Below are positions 60,442 through 64,000 of a DNA stretch of 64,000 bases, piece by piece (the first letter of the stretch is position 1; each line of letters begins with the position of its first letter). Origin of the DNA: Rhizodiscina lignyota (lineage: Eukaryota). The stretch lies in contig ML978146.1 of NCBI GenBank assembly GCA_010015805.1, positions 1-64,000 of the forward strand, given 5' to 3'. A model generated the notes under the pieces. The model did not search any database. It was not told the origin of the DNA and saw only the letters and a list, made by a program, of their open reading frames with translations. The position numbers and the translations under genes are program-made.

Positions 60442-62942
60442 ATGGCAGAGACATCTCTATCCTCGCAAACCTTTAACGAGAGCATTGCTTCCAATGCGAC
60501 GGCGACAACATTCGACAAAACATGGAGCCCATCCAAAGCCGCAGCATTCGATATCTCTTCTCTTCCGCTGCCAAAACCTCATCGCGCATACGAAAGAGCA
60601 CCGCAATCACCAAAGCGGAAGGGTAGTGGCTACAGCAAAGTTTGGAGACGGTATGGGCTTCGTAATGGGAGCCGGACGAGTGCGACAAACGACGTAGAGA
60701 TTCGCAATAGACACCCTGATGAGCGAGCTGTAAAGCGGTTGTGTCTGGGTGATCGGTCACGCCTCACGGATGGTGCCGACTCAGACGATGAGGGCGCTAA
60801 ATATGCTGGGACAAAGTACGACAGGCGAAAGAGCGGTTCTATCAGTATGTCTATCTTAATGAATCGTCATTGACCGCACTCTTTTGAGCTCTGCTGACCG
60901 TGCTTCTTACTCCAGGGAAGATCCGCCCTTCTGAAATAACGGCTATGAATGGAGTTCCCGAGGACTCGGTGGGAGAAGCAGACCAGCAGCCCAAGAATGC
61001 GCAAACAGCCCAAGATAACGAAGAGAAGTCAAGAACCAGGCGAGCTGCGGATATGGAAAATGTCTCACGAGCCATTCGCAAACGAAAGTCATTTGGGCGA
61101 CATAGTCTGGGTGCGAATCTTACCGGCCGAACTCCGTTCATTAAAGAAAGTGAGGAGACAGTCCACACAGACTCTATAAACGACATGGATGCGCTCTGCT
61201 TGTCGCCAAGAAATGAGGCTGCCAACTGCCCAACACTGACACTGACAGGAATCGACGAAGGTACAGGTTCAGAACAGCAGGCAGCAGCTTCAACATCACC
61301 CACACCGTCGAAAAGTGAGACACCCGGCAGTGTCGCCACAGAGACTCCGTCAGAAATGGACAAAACCTTGAGGCCATCAGAAGATGCAGCAAATCCAGTT
61401 ATACTTCTCTCATCGCCACATGATCCATCCATCGACGACCGCAATCCTGCGACGCCAGAGACCATGCAAGACGATACTGAGTCCGCTGATGAAGCTACCG
61501 ATCTGATTGAGGTAGCAGATGCGCCGATAGAAGAGGAGAAGACTGCCAAGGATACTACAATGGTGTCTGGCGTGGATGAACAGAGCAACAGAGCTTCTCA
61601 TGACGAATCTCCTTCATTGTTAGGCGTTCCTTCTATACATCTCAACGATGATACTACTACGCACCTCGAGCTCGATACAGCGCTTCTGAAAGATTTCCTG
61701 TCTCGCACACAAGCAGCGAAGGCATCCAAGGCATCTGATGAAAATAAATTATCGATCGAGAGACGGTCCTCGCTCATGAACCGTCGCGATTCAGATATTA
61801 TTAAGCAAGCGCTTGCGTCGCCCCGCGTCCCACTCGACGACAAAGATCCAAACTCTCCACTTCCCGGATCTGCCAACAAAGTCCTCGATCTTCCAGGGGT
61901 AAAAGCCTTGGCTGCACAACTTCCCGTAGCTGCTATCGACGCAATCAACTCAGTAGACTTGGACGCAACCAGCACCGACACATCGACTACACGGGCAACT
62001 AGTGCCGGTCCGCGCCGAAGTACCCGCACTCGCTCACGCCTCCCTGCCTTTTCCGTTGGAAACTCAGAGAAAACGCCAAGCAAGACCATCTCCGTCAAAC
62101 GTACCGCAGATGGCTCAGACCCCACAGCTGTCGTGATCAAGAAGACCGAGGCGCAAGAGCTCAGCATCCTGACGCGGGCCAACACCCGACGAAACAAAGG
62201 CTCTGCTGTTGTTCGACAGGTGCGTTTGAAGAAATTGAGGACCGAAGGGATGGCGCCTGCATGGGTGGAGGGGAAAGTGAAGGATATGCCGGCCATCAAT
62301 GCTGCTGAGAAACTCATAGACAGCAGTGCGGATCATGATGGAAGTGCTTTTGAGCAGCCTTGGAGGATACTAGAGGACGGCGAGAAGGGTGTTAGATGGC
62401 GGCCAAATGAAGAGCTATTCTCATTCTTTGGGAATACTAGTTCAATTATGGATTTCGGCACTTCTGTGTCGGGCGCGACGCCTGGTGGTGAAGACACACT
62501 TACAAGCGTCCCCCCGCCCTCGTCACGTAGAGTACTCTCGGCGGCGGTACTACCAGCGCACACCGAAATTGACAGCCCGAAGAAAGCGGCTCCTCGTCTC
62601 AGGCGCCTACGTGGCTTAGGCGCCGCAAACGGCACCCCGGCAAAAGGCTTCCTGTCATCGGCTCTTCTGCCGGATGAAGTAGCAGAGGAAAAGGAGAAGG
62701 GAGATGAGCGGGTGAACAAGAAGACGAAGCTTCCAACTGCGAAAGAGCGGAAGAGTAGGATCGCCACTCCAAGAAAGTTGAAGCTCACTCCTGTCGGGTT
62801 GAGTGCTAGTCAGAATGGCACGGCAGAAAAGGACGAGAAGGGGGCACAGGAGGCGAAGGAAAGGAGACTTGCAAGCCCGAGGAAGATCTCTCAGTTTGGT
62901 GTTGCTGCTCCGGCTGGAGGAAGGGGTAGGAAGAAGACGTAG
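60442..62942 (+). CDS. Low-complexity fungal hypothetical protein (intron ~60846-60915)
   Basis: 680-aa open exon plus an upstream exon; conserved-looking patches LLKDFLSR, SPRVPLDDKDPNSP, LTRANTRRNKG. Confidence 0.7.
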
Positions 62943-63029
62943 ATGCGTTGATGTGTGCTTTGCTTTTGAGCTATCTGATGTTGCAGGGGAATGAGACACG
63001 ATGTGACGTACTTTGCTTCATGTGCAGGT

Positions 63030-63680
63030 TAGGGAATGATGACAAGTGACGAGATATACATGCGGTACGGGAACACGAGCGCTTGTTCTACGGTCTTGGG
63101 GATGATCAAGTAGCTGGCCTTGGTGCTCATAAGGATGCTATGTCCAAAGCTTGCTCTTTCGTTTAATCGAGACTCCGAGAGCAATAACGATGCCTCTCTA
63201 CTTATGCAATTCCACCAGGGCGGACCCGACGTCAGTTCTTTCCGAGTACTACGGACTGTTGTTCGTTCTTTGGAGGTAGTAGCAAAGACATACCCAAAGG
63301 GAATACCCATCTAGAGCAAGCGATTAGCGAGAGTTTGTCAGTAAGTCTGTTTTTTGTTCGCGTCCGACTTATCCAAGAGGCCTTCATAAGTTCGAAAGCG
63401 AGGTTAACGATCAGAGGCCGGGCGATCTTCCTGAGGTTGGTAACCATTTACCCATGTCGTCTACGAGAGGTAGAATATTCTTTTCTCTTCACTAGAGATT
63501 TTATACATTGCGATTCCAGGTATATCGGTGCATTCAGATTTGGCAAGCGCTGAATCATTGGTAACGCCGAACAAGTATTTGGGGTGCATCGTCTTCGCTA
63601 ATAACTCAAACTGTCCTCTCGAACCATTAACAACATTAGGGAAGAGGTGCACAGGGTGATCAAGGCTGCAAGGTGACACA
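63030..63680 (-). pseudogene. Degenerate protein-disulfide-isomerase-like b/b' thioredoxin-fold fragment
   Basis: YLFGVTNDSALAKSE..PGIAMYK and GIPFGYVFATTSKER resemble fungal PDI b/b' segments; interrupted by stops. Confidence 0.55.
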
Positions 63681-64000
63681 TAGACTAGAGTGAGCCCTGT
63701 CTCGATCTTCCTCTCTGAAGCCGGGGTCGCGTGGAAATATTGAATGCCATTCTCGCCTGAATTATGCCAGTGCTATACTCAGGTCAATCTATGTGGAATA
63801 GATGAAAGAATGTTCGTTATAATATGTTTATTTGATGTACCTTGACGGAAAAATTAGGTCGCTATGACGATCTGCCGCATGCTGTCGCCCCGCTAAGCTG
63901 CATTGGGACAAGCCGGGATCCAACGACCAGTCCACGCTCGCCACCACCGAGGCATGTCTCTCCCTCCAGATCCTCTCACAGCAGACGAGAAGGCCAAGCA

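Noticed and set aside
1..64000. tRNA/rRNA genes and the many antisense ORFs overlapping real genes
   Set aside because: No cloverleaf or rRNA signature was recognised by eye; the antisense ORFs are shadows of GC-rich coding sequence.

Overview
Intron-containing filamentous ascomycete (Pezizomycotina; Dothideomycete-like is my inference) chromosomal segment. Conserved genes lie at both ends. Left: a small Ser/Tyr/Gly protein, PBS2 MAPKK, an auxin-efflux-carrier-family transporter and choline kinase. Right: a MIF-domain protein, LigB dioxygenase, URA3/pyrG, Vps3/TGFBRAP1, CASP/COY1, a GNAT, LtrA and MRP10. Between them is a roughly 23 kb accessory island (about 10.9-34.2 kb). It holds RIP-like AT-rich DNA, a 3-gene MFS / isochorismatase-family / Zn2Cys6 cluster bracketed by an inverted repeat, a decayed Tad1-like LINE, a MITE-like foldback, a HET-6-like relic and a CmcJ/asaB-type oxygenase. 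The most interesting part is an intact head-to-head gene pair: a 1437-aa NB-ARC/TPR NLR with a helical+C2H2 N-terminus, and a 553-aa protein with a HeLo-like N-terminus and a degenerate kinase-like C-terminus (MLKL-like layout). This is a candidate amyloid-independent fungal cell-death/immune module. All exon models were assembled by eye and family calls come from motif recognition, not database searches.
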